DNA from: Aplysia californica
Taxonomy: Eukaryota
Reading direction: 5' to 3'
Length of the DNA: 64,000 bases
Assembly: GCF_000002075.1 (NCBI RefSeq)
Contig: NW_004797763.1
Span: 447,515 to 511,514, forward strand
In this document: positions 50,312-63,201 of the stretch, piece by piece
Numbering within the stretch: the stretch's first letter is position 1
Layout of the letters: the number at the start of each line of letters is the position of its first letter
The notes under the pieces: generated by a model
The model's input: only the letters and a program-made list of their open reading frames with translations
Database searches by the model: none
What the model was told of the DNA's origin: nothing
Translations under genes and position numbers: made by a program

Positions 50312-52489
50312 TTCTCGCTAGTTAGTTTTTTAAGGGGTGAAGGGTCTATCCTATAACAAAAATTTTCTTTTTTTATTTATCTCTCTCTCTCTCTCTCTCG
50401 ACTCCGCCTCTGTCTCTAGGGCACTCTCTCACCCCCCCACTCTCTCTCGCTCGGTGTCAACAAAGAAAGGGGTGGTCTAGGTAACAGTTTGGTGGAATAG
50501 GTAAGACCAAAGAATGGACGCCGGGCCGGGGGGAGTAGGCGGGGATGATAGCAGAGTTTCTTGAAAATCCTGACACCACGAAAGAGCTGGGGGGCTGAGA
50601 GAAGCTGGGTAATTTACTACATTGTATTCAGTCATAATCTTTTTTCAAAGGACCCCCAGTTTTGTTTCATGCAAAAACTCCAAGTTCCTGTAGGGGACCT
50701 CCTGCTGCCTGGTAACTGAGAATGATCATCTGACACCTTGTTTATGATGAGTTGTAATATTATATATTACCCCCCCCCCCCGCCCCAATAACTTTCTGTT
50801 CATATAAAACTTCTATTAAGATTATTCTACCGACATCTGTGATGTAGCAGTTTGGAGGTGTATCAGTTTGGAGCCTTGCTGTCGCATGCAAGGGGGCCGA
50901 GTTCGATTCCGGAGTAAAGAGAATTTTTTATCAAGTCTTAGTATCTCTGTCTTTCTGCTGAGATGTTGTATCCCTCTCAGGCTGGATCAGATCTGGCACA
51001 TAAGGTTGAAACCCGCCTCCTATAATCTGATCAAAACTGTTTCGATGGGGACGTAAAAACATATCTTCGTTTAAAAAATTTGTCAGCGGGGGTAGGTAGA
51101 AGGCTCTAAAGTACTTAATCGATGCTGAATTTGATACCACCGAATAATTATGTTTGATAACATGTATTCTTTCTTCCTTTTCCGACCGTGTCCGAGTTTT
51201 TGTGAATTTTGTCTTATTTTATTTTATTTTATTTTATTTTATTTTATTTTATCACACCTCTTTTATTTCTTTTTTAAAAAATTTAACAATTTTTAATTTA
51301 TAGATTTTTAAAAACATTGTCAAGAAAAGCAACTCAGATCTTTCTAACGACGAACCGATCCGTTTCACCCCAGGACAACAGGGGCCAACTAAACCATGGG
51401 GCTCAGGTAAGCCAGCGAGCTGAGACGTGGAAGAGGGCAATTTGTTGTTCCCAGTACTCAGGAGTGGGTNNNNNNNNNNNNNNNNNNNNNNNNNNNNNNN
51501 NNNNNNNNNNNNNNNNNNNNNNNNNNNNNNNNNNNNNNNNNNNNNNNNNNNNNNNNNNNNNNNNNNNNNNNNNNNNNNNNNNNNNNNNNNNNNNNNNNNN
51601 NNNNNNNNNNNNNNNNNNNNNNNNNNNNNNNNNNNNNNNNNNNNNNNNNNNNNNNNNNNNNNNNNNNNNNNNNNNNNNNNNNNNNNNNNNNNNNNNNNNN
51701 NNNNNNNNNNNNNNNNNNNNNNNNNNNNNNNNNNNNNNNNNNNNNNNNNNNNNNNNNNNNNNNNNNNNNNNNNNNNNNNNNNNNNTGTTGATTGAACACC
51801 CCTGCTTGAATAATGTCAGAGTCAAAATTTTCTGTTATGCCTCTTTGAATGTTTGAACCTCTCTACGATACTTTTGGTGCACCCGTTGATCACTGTGGCG
51901 GCCTAGGTTTAGAATTGTCCTAACATTTTAGAAATTTGGGGGTAGCTTAGACAAATTTTGTAAAAATTAGTTATCGAAAACTGATTTGCTTTGCTTACAC
52001 ATTTTTTGACTCGTCGACTTAAAATGGGTGCAGGACTTTTTTTGTTTTTACCTCGATTTTGAATGTGTGATAATTTGTTTATCGCTTCTTATCCTAACCC
52101 GCCAGGCATTTCTAATGGAGGACCATGGAATAGCGACAATGCCTTGCCAACATCTCATCTTGTCTAATGTTTTTATTATATCGATACTCAATGTACTCTT
52201 TGTGTGTTTGCAGCTTTAGGAGTAAGTTATAATGATGAATGGAATTTGACTCTCAATAAGATTGGGGATGCGCTTGTAACCACACGTTAAAACGCATGGT
52301 CCTTAAAAAATGTTATTGTGTCATCTCCTTATGACTGTAGACAGTGAACAATTTCGGTCGTTTTTATCCCTTGCCTAGATACATTATTGAAGAGGTCGCC
52401 TCTTGTCCTTTTCTTTAGTTCCATCAATTACACTCCAGATTCTCAAGAGCGTGTATGTAACATGTGTATGTTAGTGCGAGTGCGCGCGC

Positions 52490-52566
<77 letters not shown>

Positions 52567-53625
52567 GAGAAATGATATGTTTGAAATTAGCCGAAAAAAC
52601 TGAACACATTTGTATACAGTTTTCGAGAGAATTTTAGGTATTCCATCCAGAGAATTTCCATAATCATAGAACCTGACTCTAATCATAAACTAGCTTATGG
52701 CCAAGAAAAAGATGTCGGACACCTAGCTGTGACATTTTAGCGTAATAACGATGGTGTGCTTTGATTTGTTATTAAGATTGTATTGTTTGTCTGTGTTAAT
52801 TCATATCATTGTTTTAAAAACGGTTACGTTTACCACTGCTCTGTGAGTGTTTATCCAGTTCAGCTGTCAGCCTTGAGTGTAACTTGAGTGTGGGCCCTCG
52901 CACGATTGAGTTTGTCATCCCTGACCTAAAAGGCTGCTGCAAGTTTCTGAACTCTGAGAAGTCTGAGGTTCCGAAGACACGTTACACCAAATGACCAGAA
53001 GAACTGCCTCCAAAAGGAAATGGATCTACGACAGGACTTTCTATCGTGCCAAGAGATTTCTTTATCGCGTTTGGGGCTATTCCCAGGCTTGTGGAAAGAG
53101 CATACTTATAAAAACGTCAAAAAATGGTTATCAGAAAACATGCACTTGATTGGTCAAAATGTCCTCTCCTTTACTGCCCGTTTTTTTTCAAAGGAGACGA
53201 AACCTTCAGTGACAGGAAACGTTTTGAGACGAATGTGCAGAGCAGATGAAAACCTTCCCCGCCATCCAAAGCACGATGTTTGAGTCTCCCCTTTGAAGAC
53301 AGGAAGCTGGAAGAAAGAACTCTATAAGGAAATCAGATTCAACCTTCCTTGCTACAAAGATGCGAAGAGTGACAGAAATATGTAGCCACTAGATACACCA
53401 TAGATCTAATCTAAGATTTGGAGGGAGGTTTTTTTTTAGCGTCCGAGCAGTAAGCTGGGAAGTGAACCATGTTCCCCGACGTCTGGGCTGTTCCAGATCT
53501 GGGCTGCACTTGGAGAAAAAGGACCTTGAGTCTGGAGCGAGGTCTTGGGCGACTCGCCTGGAAGGGAGAATGACTCAAACCCAAACCACACCTAACCCAT
53601 GTCTTCTACCTTCTCTCTTCCCCAG

Positions 53626-53734
53626 TTGCCGGGTTCGTTGCTGTCTCCGCCTCCAACATGTGGGTGATCATCCTCATCGTCGTCCTACTGATCGTCATTC
53701 TCGTGGCTCTCGTCGACATCTATATCTTCTTGCA
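53626..53734 (+). CDS. Constant exon C2: transmembrane helix
   Basis: Branch point CCTAAC at 53591, pyrimidine tract, cccag| acceptor; 109 nt, phase 1 to 2; (V)AGFVAVSASNMWVIILIVVLLIVILVALVDIYIFL(Q); donor CA|GTGAGT. This frame is not in the supplied ORF track. Confidence 0.87.
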
Positions 53735-53822
53735 GTGAGTCACTTAGTTCTTAGTCTGTCAAACTATCGCTTGTGATTTTTTTTTTAAATTATTTTATTT
53801 ATTATTTTCTTTTTTTTTAATT

Positions 53823-53853
<31 letters not shown>

Positions 53854-54199
53854 GGTTACCCGTAGGTACTACTTTGTTTTCTTGTTATTTCTCTTTTTTT
53901 CTGTCTAACTATGTTCCATGATGACAATCGTGGTCAGAGATGGCTGGAAACCAGTAGTTTTAGGGAAAAGAAGTTCTCTGAATGTTTAGGATTGACCGGT
54001 CTCCAACACGAAGATAATTTATAGATAGGGTGAGTTTCAAAGGCCAGAAAAAATGGGCTTATTGTTCAAAGTGTAGAACTAGACTTCCCTCTATCTCAGA
54101 CAAGTCACAAGGAAACCGTGAAGTTTGTGGATGAGCAGGGAGATAATTCTAGACATAGTGATTCGGCTTTTGATTGCTACGGGCAGAACTGTTTGCGAG

Positions 54200-54800
54200 A
54201 AGACAAATTATGTTAATGGCTTCCTAATGTCAAATTACGTGTAGACAGTGACAATGCAAACCTGACATTTCAGACTGACACGTGTGCAACACTATCAATG
54301 GTGAATCATGCTGTGTTTCGGTCGTTTTGGCCAAAATCGTTTTTAAACTAGAACAATCACCAAAATGTCAGTGTGAATAGGCGGACCAAACTGTTGAACA
54401 CATCCTTCAGCACTGCAAGACTCACAGGGCAATGAGACGGGAAACGTGGCCAACCCCACTGACACTGCAGGAGAAGCTATACGGGCCGACAGATGAACTG
54501 AGCAGGATGGCCCAATTTATGACAGATACCAGACTTCAAGTGTGATGCGATCGAGGAAAAGAAGAAGGCCAAACCGACCTTTAGAAAAGACAGGAAAAGC
54601 TGAAAAAATACACCGGTAGAAAAACTGCACAATTATCATTAAGCTAATGGGAAAGTGGAAGCCAGGTACAAGTCTCAGACAAAAATCCTATCTCTCGTCA
54701 TCTTGGAAGAACAAGACCCCCGCTTGTTAAGTAGAAATTGGCTTCATCAGTGCATGAACTTGAATTGGGAAATGTGGAGCGGTCCGGTGGAATCAAGCGC
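54200..54800 (+). mobile_element. Gypsy-like protease-region remnant interrupted by an I-group LINE 3' end (about 54380-54567)
   Basis: FQTDTCATLS and VEARYKSQTKILSLVIL..PRLLSRNWL...LNW resemble the LTR aspartic protease region. Insert reads EHILQHC...W...L.EKLYG with a gaagaag tail. Confidence 0.5.
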
Positions 54801-57348
54801 TCGACAATATTTGGGCATGTTGAGTTATTGGTATCATTATCACCTGAAAACTTATTCGTTTGCTTTGCTTTCGATTCAACAAATACCCATTTGTCTTGAA
54901 TAGAAGTCGAAATATTTGCGATTGAAGAAGATGAGGTTGCGTGGTTTCAGTAGCAGAATTAGTGAGAAAATGGCTACCAAAATTTGGTAAATTCAATTGC
55001 TAGAGAGTCTTTGAAAACTGAAAAGTACATATGTTCTGCCTTCACTCAACGTTTTTCGGTAACATTCACATGGAAATGTGTTTTAACTGGACAAGTTGTT
55101 GAGCCAAAAAACAAAAATCATCGGACGCCATTTGAAGATTCTGTTGCCGCCTCGAAATGCCTGTTTCTTCGATTTCGTTATTTATTGACGAGCGCCTGAT
55201 TTCACCACGGTGCCTCACACATGTCATTTTCACAGTGAAGGTACAAGACAAGAAAGTGAAGGAAGTCAGATCTCTTGAGACTCTCCTACATGACCACAGA
55301 GATTGTTTATTGACGAGCTAGGAGTCCTTGAAGGTTATAGAAAAAAAAAAACTCGCATTGAGGAAAATGGAGCTCTAACGTTTTGCAAAACTAGACAGAT
55401 GTCTTTTTCCCCTTAGAGAAGGCATACATTTTAGTAAGAGTTTTACGGCACTTACATCATAATAAGGTCATAAAACTACCATAGATTAGAGTTATTACAA
55501 GAGAGTTAAAAAAAACAAAAAAGGAGGAGAGATTCGGACGATTGATGTTTGATAGGAAAAACGGAGCATACCACACCAGAGCACTCACCAACTACTCTCA
55601 GAGAAGGCAGAGAGCAAGAGCTTGATAAACTTGAGCGAGAAAATGTCGTAAAGACTTTTCCGATAGGCCTGTCACTAAAGACACCTTTACACCTTCTGCA
55701 CCCTTCACTTACAACGACGGTTCAAAGCCAAACAACTGTGCCATAAGAACCATCACGCCCAATCAGTTGTGAGTAGGTGGTTGGTGTTTGCTCTGATGTG
55801 GTCTGCTCTCTCTTTCTTATCAAACATATTATACCGTCGTTATATCTCCTCTTTCGCTTTCGTATTTGTTACTCTCTTGTAACACATCTTCGGCCTTTAC
55901 ATGTATATGATCTTATTGTGTTGCAAATGCCGTAAACCACACACTAAAACATAAAAAGAACTGTCGTCTGTAGAATGGATCATTGAGCCGAACACAGGGG
56001 TGTTTTGTATTTTTTAACTCAATTTAAGTACTTAAGGGGCGAGACGGCTACCAGGTTCCGCTGTCGAGAAAACCGGTCCAAGTACAAACTTAGGGGGCAT
56101 GGCATCATCACCAATTGTCGTCATCAAGACCAATAATTGCGACCGATGATTTCCAAACCACCAGCTACACAGACACCACTACCCTCTGCAGGCGTCTGAG
56201 GGGTAGCAGTTAGACGTTTCGCTGTCGCACTCAAGAGACCCAAGTTCAATTCTCTAGTGGGTAGAAAGTGTTTTTTTTAATCGAGTATCTTGGTTTTTCT
56301 GCTGGGATTCACCCCTCTCATCCCGGGTTGGCCCTGCCAGGCAGGGTCAGAAGCCAACCTCCTAAATTATCAAAATTATGTCGGTGACGACGTGAAAATG
56401 CTGAAAAGACCACCATTCAACAAAAGAAAAGAAAATCATCAGACGCCATTTCAAGATCCTGTTGCCGCCTCAAAACCTGGAGAAGCACGAAGTAAGCCGT
56501 GTTGTAACCAAGGTGGAGCCACACCTGACACTGCCCGATCCCCGCACTCCAGCGCAACGCAGATAGACTGTTAGCTATCAGGAAACCTCCACAGAGATGA
56601 GAACCTTACATTTGTGACAATATAAATGTACAATCAGTTATAAACCAGGAGATGGTCTGCGTAATGTCTGGTAAGAATCTATTTTTGTTAGATGTTTTGA
56701 AGAAGGGGGGGGATTGGGGGGGGGGGCGGTTACGCGATAGAGAGTGGGTTTTTTTAATGAAGGGTAGTAACTTTGAATCATCAGTCATTAAATATCTGTC
56801 TGATGAGTGAATGGTTGACTTGATCATCTCTGTAACTGCAATGCTGTCACAACGTAACAATGATCGCGGTGTTACAATAGGTCAATTTTTTCTGCTTTAG
56901 TTAGGCGTGTGCTGAAAATCCAGTATTATATGTTTACCATTGTTAAGCTAGCATCAAAGAAAACGTGTGTATGTGTGTGTGTGTGNNNNNNNNNNNNNNN
57001 NNNNNNNNNNNNNNNNNNNNNNNNNNNNNNNNNNNNNNNNNNNNNNNNNNNNNNNNNNNNNNNNNNNNNNNNNNNNNNNNNNNNNNNNNNNNNNNNNNNN
57101 NNNNNNNNNNNNNNNNNNNNNNNNNNNNNNNNNNNNNNNNNNNNNNNNNNNNNNNNNNNNNNNNNNNNNNNNNNNNNNNNNNNNNNNNNNNNNNNNNNNN
57201 NNNNNNNNNNNNNNNNNNNNNNNNNNNNNNNNNNNNNNNNNNNNNNNNNNNNNNNNNNNNNNNNNNNNNNNNNNNNNNNNNNNNNNNNNNNNNNNNNNNN
57301 NNNNNNNNNNNNNNNNNNNNNNNNNNNNNNNNNNNNNNNNNNNNNNNN

Positions 57349-57386
<38 letters not shown>

Positions 57387-57467
57387 ATTTGTGAGTGTAA
57401 TATATTATGTGTACTCATATATAATATGCGTACGAGTGGAACAATACTATCTGTGATGCTTCCTCAG

Positions 57468-57804
57468 GAAAAAGGATGAGCACTCGGAAGCGAGCCAAGA
57501 TGGAGAGAAGGGACTCGAGGAGCAATCTGAACAAAGTTCTGAGAAACACGAGGGAGCCAGCGATAAGGATGAGGAGGAATCCATGCAGGGCTCCGAGGAT
57601 GAGGAGGGAGACGAGAATCCCCAAACAGGGGAGAAGAAAGAATCCAGCGCATCATCCAAGAAGCACTCCAGCGCATCATCCAAGAAGCACTCCAGCGCAT
57701 CATCCAAGAAACACTCCAGCGCATCATCCAAGAAGCAGTCCAACGCGTCTAAGAAGCAGTCCAACGTGTCTAAGATGTCCACAGTCTCAGAGAATCTTGA
57801 GTAG
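57468..57804 (+). CDS. Constant exon C3: cytoplasmic tail (acidic, then Ser/Lys-rich repeats), stop TAG
   Basis: Acceptor cttcctcag|G, phase 2, completes CAG. Reads KKDEHSEASQDGEKGLEEQSEQ...SSASSKKH repeats...SENLE*. In frame with ORF 57583-57804; KK follows the transmembrane helix as a stop-transfer. Confidence 0.82.
57643..57759 (+). repeat. Coding 24-nt tandem repeat x4 (SSASSKKH/Q) plus a 21-nt variant unit in exon C3
   Basis: tccagcgcatcatccaagaagcac at 57643, 57667, 57691 and 57715, with single-base variants in the last two. Confidence 0.92.
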
Positions 57805-57879
57805 ATGTGCACGCGAAAGTGCACGCCGAACGCAAATTTTCCTGACTTGGCGGAAACAATACTATAAGATCGATGTGAT

Positions 57880-58649
57880 TATAGCGCGATCAAAAATTCG
57901 TGGCGCAACTTATCCTCAAATATTTCTTTTACCGGCGAACCAATGTTATCTTCATACATTTATATAAATTACGATAAAACTCCGTCACGCGGAAAATGGG
58001 ATAGTTCACAGCACTTCCCGCTTCTCACAAACATTTTGCATGCGCGTAATATATGGCCTACGTCATACCTCACCAACAACACTTTTAATGAGCAAAACTT
58101 GTCAAAAAGATTAATTTCATCGTTAGCACATTTTTTTGCACTAAAGGTTCTCAATTGGGTGGTTGGCGGGTGCTCTGGTGAGGTTAGCTTCTTCTTTCCT
58201 ATGAAACGTCTACTGTCCTTATCTCCCCTTCTCCTTTTTTTATGTTTGTTACTCTCTTGTAACACCTCTAATCTTTTGCCGCTCATATGACCTTATGCAG
58301 TTGCGAGCGCCGTAAAACCTCTATTAAAACTAACTAAAAGGTTCTCAAACATGCGTTCAATAAAAATAGTGTCATGATCAGAAAACAATAATGGACTTCC
58401 TTTTAAAAGCGATATTACACCTGCTGTAAACCTTTTAAAATCTAGACAAACAACCCACTTGGATTTTTAAAAATTAGATTAGTATTTATTAACAAATTGT
58501 CTAGAAGACTGCTAACATACGTTTGCAAAAATATTGATCTGTTAAGACAAATTGATACCAGTCATTGTGCAAAATCTATAGAGTATATGTTCCATACCTT
58601 AGGAAATATTTGACAATAAGTTGCACCACCAAGTTTTGACCGCACTATA
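57880..58649. mobile_element. TA-flanked TIR element with nested retroposon (related copies at 18678-19326 and 32562-33050)
   Basis: tatagcgcgatcaaaaattcgtggcgcaactt ... aagttgcaccaccaagttttgaccgcactata. The internal ctccgtcacgcggaaaatgggat block is shared with the other copies. Confidence 0.75.
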
Positions 58650-60049
58650 ATGTTTACTATCCAGACACAGGCGCTTGGCGTTCGTTGTTTTATTACACGC
58701 GCGCGCACACTCGCACAAACAAACACACATNNNNNNNNNNNNNNNNNNNNNNNNNNNNNNNNNNNNNNNNNNNNNNNNNNNNNNNNNNNNNNNNNNNNNN
58801 NNNNNNNNNNNNNNNNNNNNNNNNNNNNNNNNNNNNNNNNNNNNNNNNNNNNNNNNNNNNNNNNNNNNNNNNNNNNNNNNNNNNNNNNNNNNNNNNNNNN
58901 NNNNNNNNNNNNNNNNNNNNNNNNNNNNNNNNNNNNNNNNNNNNNNNNNNNNNNNNNNNNNNNNNNNNNNNNNNNNNNNNNNNNNNNNNNNNNNNNNNNN
59001 NNNNNNNNNNNNNNNNNCATATCCTCTCTTCCACACATCTTTTAATAAGCTACATATTTATGCACTTGAAATATAACCGTACATCAACAAACAGACCCAT
59101 CATTACACGTGTAATATGATAAAGTTCAACAAATGTTAAAAACAATAATGTTCAAACAAAATACTGCACATAACCGGCATTCTTATAATAACAAATTCAT
59201 TGAGAAGTAGGTTTATTGTGTCTTATTTGGTTGAGAAGTCAGTATTGTTATAGTGCCAAATTTCGTTGAGAAGTATTCCTACAATATTTATTTTCGTACA
59301 TACTATGTTCAGCGAAATTTTGTAAACCCGAGAACACAGAAAAAATGAAAGCTTTTACCATACGCTCTTATACTATCAGAGCGTCTGGGCTTTACCCAAT
59401 AAATTAAAGGTGGTCAGAGCAAGCAAGAGCACCAAGCGCTTGTTCGCCGACACCAGGTTGTTTGGTTTTTTTTTGTACAACAGGGTATAATACTCTCGGC
59501 CAAAGACGATCACCTTTCGTAATTCTAATACCGAGTGCACACAGCCAATGGAATTCATATCATCAGGTCCAGCCCATGCACATTAAGTCTCCATACAAGG
59601 GGCCAACGTTGCCATTTTTATCGCAATACGACCAATTCGATTTGCGACCTTAAAAAACAAACGCGTTTGATTTGAAGGTCACAGTAAGTCGAATTTGGCC
59701 GATTTGTGCCAAAACGGTAGCTTTTGCCCCATTCATGAAAAAAGAGTCAGTCTGCTTTGGCTGTGAATTTTGCTCGTTCGGGGTCGGGGGGGGGGGGGGG
59801 TAGTTTTTTGTTTTTTGTTTTTGTTATTTTTTCCTTTGCTTTGTTGCTGTTGTTTTTTCTTTTCAAATTCTATTAACTAAATTACGTCTCAACGAATTGC
59901 AAGTTCAGTGTTACAGTCCACTAACAGGCGGCTGCATGTGTTGGGGCATCGTTTGCGAACCTTTTTACAGCCGACGTCCATTTTCGCCATAATAATTGAG
60001 AGATTAACATTTTTGTACCGCTCACATACATGACGTATATATTCAATTC

Positions 60050-60515
60050 CCATCGGGACATTGGCATGATCGGTTCGGTTCGGTTCGATTTGGTAGCCCG
60101 ATTGAGGGCGCAAAGCGGCTATTGTGGCACAAACCGATCGCCCGACTCGTTGCCTCAAAAACAAAAGCATTTGAAGACTACACGGGAAGAACGACAATAG
60201 TCACAAACTGAAAATCATGAGGGTACAAATTTTGAACGCTTGTTGACTTATCATAACTGTATTTCTGTTCAACTGTTGGTTAGTTGATTATTGTTGTTTG
60301 ATTTCCCATTCAACAACACATAACAATAAACCACGAGTCAAAACAAATATGAAGTTATAAGTCCACAAGCTTTTAAAATTGGCACCCTTACAATTTCCAT
60401 TTCCAGTTTGTGACTACCGTTGTTTTCCCCTGTGCTCTTCATTTGTTTTCAGACGACAAGTCGGGCGATCGGTTTCTATTAGAGAACCGATCCCACCAAT
60501 GGGTACGCCGTATTA
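60050..60515. mobile_element. Foldback/MITE-like element with internal inverted arms; shorter reverse copy at 4115-4320
   Basis: aaaccgatcgcccgactcgt...gtcacaaactg (60130-60215) is inverted at 60400-60475; the same motifs occur in the NAGLU intron copy. Confidence 0.6.
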
Positions 60516-62397
60516 GATACAGTCTATCACTACCCGGGTGATCTCCGCCGTCCATCAAAATTATTAGAACCAAACTATCGCTCACTAGTCTAGCCCAGGA
60601 TAGAGAAAGGTGAAAAATGTTTGTTCGTGGCCTATATCCTGATCCAAGGTGAGAAAGGCAATGATGAAGATGATTGCTCTCAAGCGGGCGATACCGTACA
60701 GGTTGGCATTGACCGTGTCGGTGTCAATAAGATGATGGTGATCGGCCTCTTGAGAAAATTATGTTTTGTGGTTTCAGTCATGGGGACCGGAATCTGAGGA
60801 GAGGCGATTAGGCGCTTCGCTGTCTCACGCAGGAGACCCGAATTCGATTCCGGAGTGGGAAGAATTTCTATCTGGGCCTAGTATCTAGAATGTTGTATCC
60901 GTATGAGCCCGGGTTGGAGTTGGTTCTAGCTAAATTTTGAAGATCTAAATTTGTGTGCCGACAGGGGTGTAAAAAACACCTACGTCTAAAATATGATTTT
61001 ATTTCCACAGGTTTGACTGTCTTATTATCATAAATGTCTATTTCTTTAATAGCGTTGTTTCCTTATGCTCCAATTCTACAAAGGGGCAGAGTGTGGAAGA
61101 GGTTTTAAATGATATGATGAGGGATAATAGATGCGTAAAAAAATTGTTATAATCTGTCGCACGCAGAAGACGTGCGTTCGATTCCCGCAAGAGGAAAGCT
61201 TTTTTTTAAATCGAGAATTTCCATCTGTATGCTGGAACTCGAATGCAGTATCCCTTTCAGGTACGGTTAGCCCTGACAGACAGGATCGAAGCAGCCCACC
61301 TCCTAAAATGAGTAAATTGTGTCGATGGGGGCGCAGCCTTAAAACATTTAAACTAAAGTACATAATTTCATTCATTAAATTAATAATAAAGCATGCATTA
61401 CATGATTGTACTCTTGAATATTATTATTATAGGGGGGAGGGCGGGGGTGGTGGTGGAAGAAATGCGTTCCGTTTGCTATTTTGTGACGTATTGGAGGGGG
61501 GTTCATCCCTCTGTCGCTTTTCTGTGTTCCCTTCCTTCTGTTGTTTATGTCTATCCGTCTGTCTTACTACTTTTTTTTTGGTACCAAATAACATTCAACG
61601 AGTCGATGTGCTTCTCTTTACTTAAAAGAACGTACAAACAAACAAACAAACAAAACCGCTTTGGCGGGTCGTGTCTAGATTCATAATATGCGGGCGGTTG
61701 GCGGGTGCTCTGGTGTGGTTTGCTTCTTCTTTCCTATCAAAGATCTATCGTCCTGATTTCTCCTACTTCTTTTCTGTGATTGTTACTCTCTTGTAACACC
61801 TCTAATCTTCGGCACTTGTAATATGACCTTATTGTTTTGCAAGTTTCGTAAAACTCTAAACAAAACAAAAAAACCCAAAAAAACAAAAACAGATTCTTGA
61901 TGTGCCCGGAGATCGTCACAGTATTACAGCAGTCAGCGTCAAACCAGAAAACACAAAGAATCTGCTCCGGGTGGAAAAAATTCTGCCAGTCCACAGCTTA
62001 CTACTGGTACTGTTTCAGGTCTTCGCCGGGCACATTAAAATTTGGTTTGTTTGGTTTTATTAGTTTTATTAGGCCAATAGGCTACATAATGTTTTCTTCT
62101 CCGTTCGAATTTGTGACTTTTTGCAATGATTTGTTTAGTAGGCTATTTTGAATAAAACCCAACGTTACGCTTTGTTCCTGCTTGCTTCTATTCGGAACAG
62201 AACATTATTATTTTCCGATTGTTATTTTCTCGCATTGAGATTGCGTTTACCTAAGAAAACAGGACAACGTTAGTTGCATTTTAAAAATCGTTTCTTAATT
62301 CATTTTAAAATAGATACTTCATCAAATAAAATGTCCTGTATAAACCACAGACAAGGGCTTGCAGTTAGGTTTATTGATTTTTGTGTGATTTGTTTTT

Positions 62398-62474
<77 letters not shown>

Positions 62475-63201
62475 TGTATATATGCCTAGTCGTATATATC
62501 GGTTTGCTAGTCTGTCTCTCTGTTTATTCTAAGTCTGCCCCTGTCTTCACACGGTTGGCACAGTAAACATCATGCTGGGCTATAATTCAGATAACCCTAT
62601 TTGAATATACAATACAGTCAAACTCGGATATATAAGGCCAGACGGATCCGGCCATTTTCCCCCGTTATGAGCGAGTCATATTATAACCGTTAACAAGGGA
62701 AACTACCAGTACCATAGCACCTTCAGCTTACTATAATATATATTCGATTATCGCAGATCCTTTTCCAGTGGACTGTTTTGTTGACACAGAGACCCAATCG
62801 GTCAGTGACCCCAACACAAAAGGGGGGTGGGGGTATGCGCTTGAAAGGTTGTGTTTAGGCAAGCAATCATACAAAATGCCTTGGTTGTGACAAATTTTAA
62901 GAATTTGACAGATCGAAATCAAGTTCATGCGCTGCAAGATCACTGTTATTTCCGAGTCTGCGCAAATTGAACCCTGTTATAGCCAGGTATATATTACTTA
63001 TACTTATATAGAGAAAAATCAGGGATTTGATTTATCACTGTCCAAGTTCCTGTAATAACACAGGCTGTTATTTATCGACAGGAGTGTATTATTAGAATGT
63101 TCTTGAATTTGGTTGTTGGTTTTTTTTTTTGGCAGTTAACAAAACTCATCTCCAGTCCAGTAGGAAACGTACTTCTATGTTAAATTCGTAGGGCCTGGCT
63201 C

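Noticed and set aside
57476-57967. 163-aa Arg/His/Pro-rich ORF and antisense ORFs (LDDALECF repeats) over exon C3
   Set aside because: Alternative frames of the 24-nt repeat. Only the frame set by the phase-2 junction from C2 gives a post-membrane KK and a coherent gene model.
59889-60197. Possible first exon of another minus-strand gene (MAKMDVGCKK|GT)
   Set aside because: No recognisable homology, overlaps a foldback element, and no partner exons were found.
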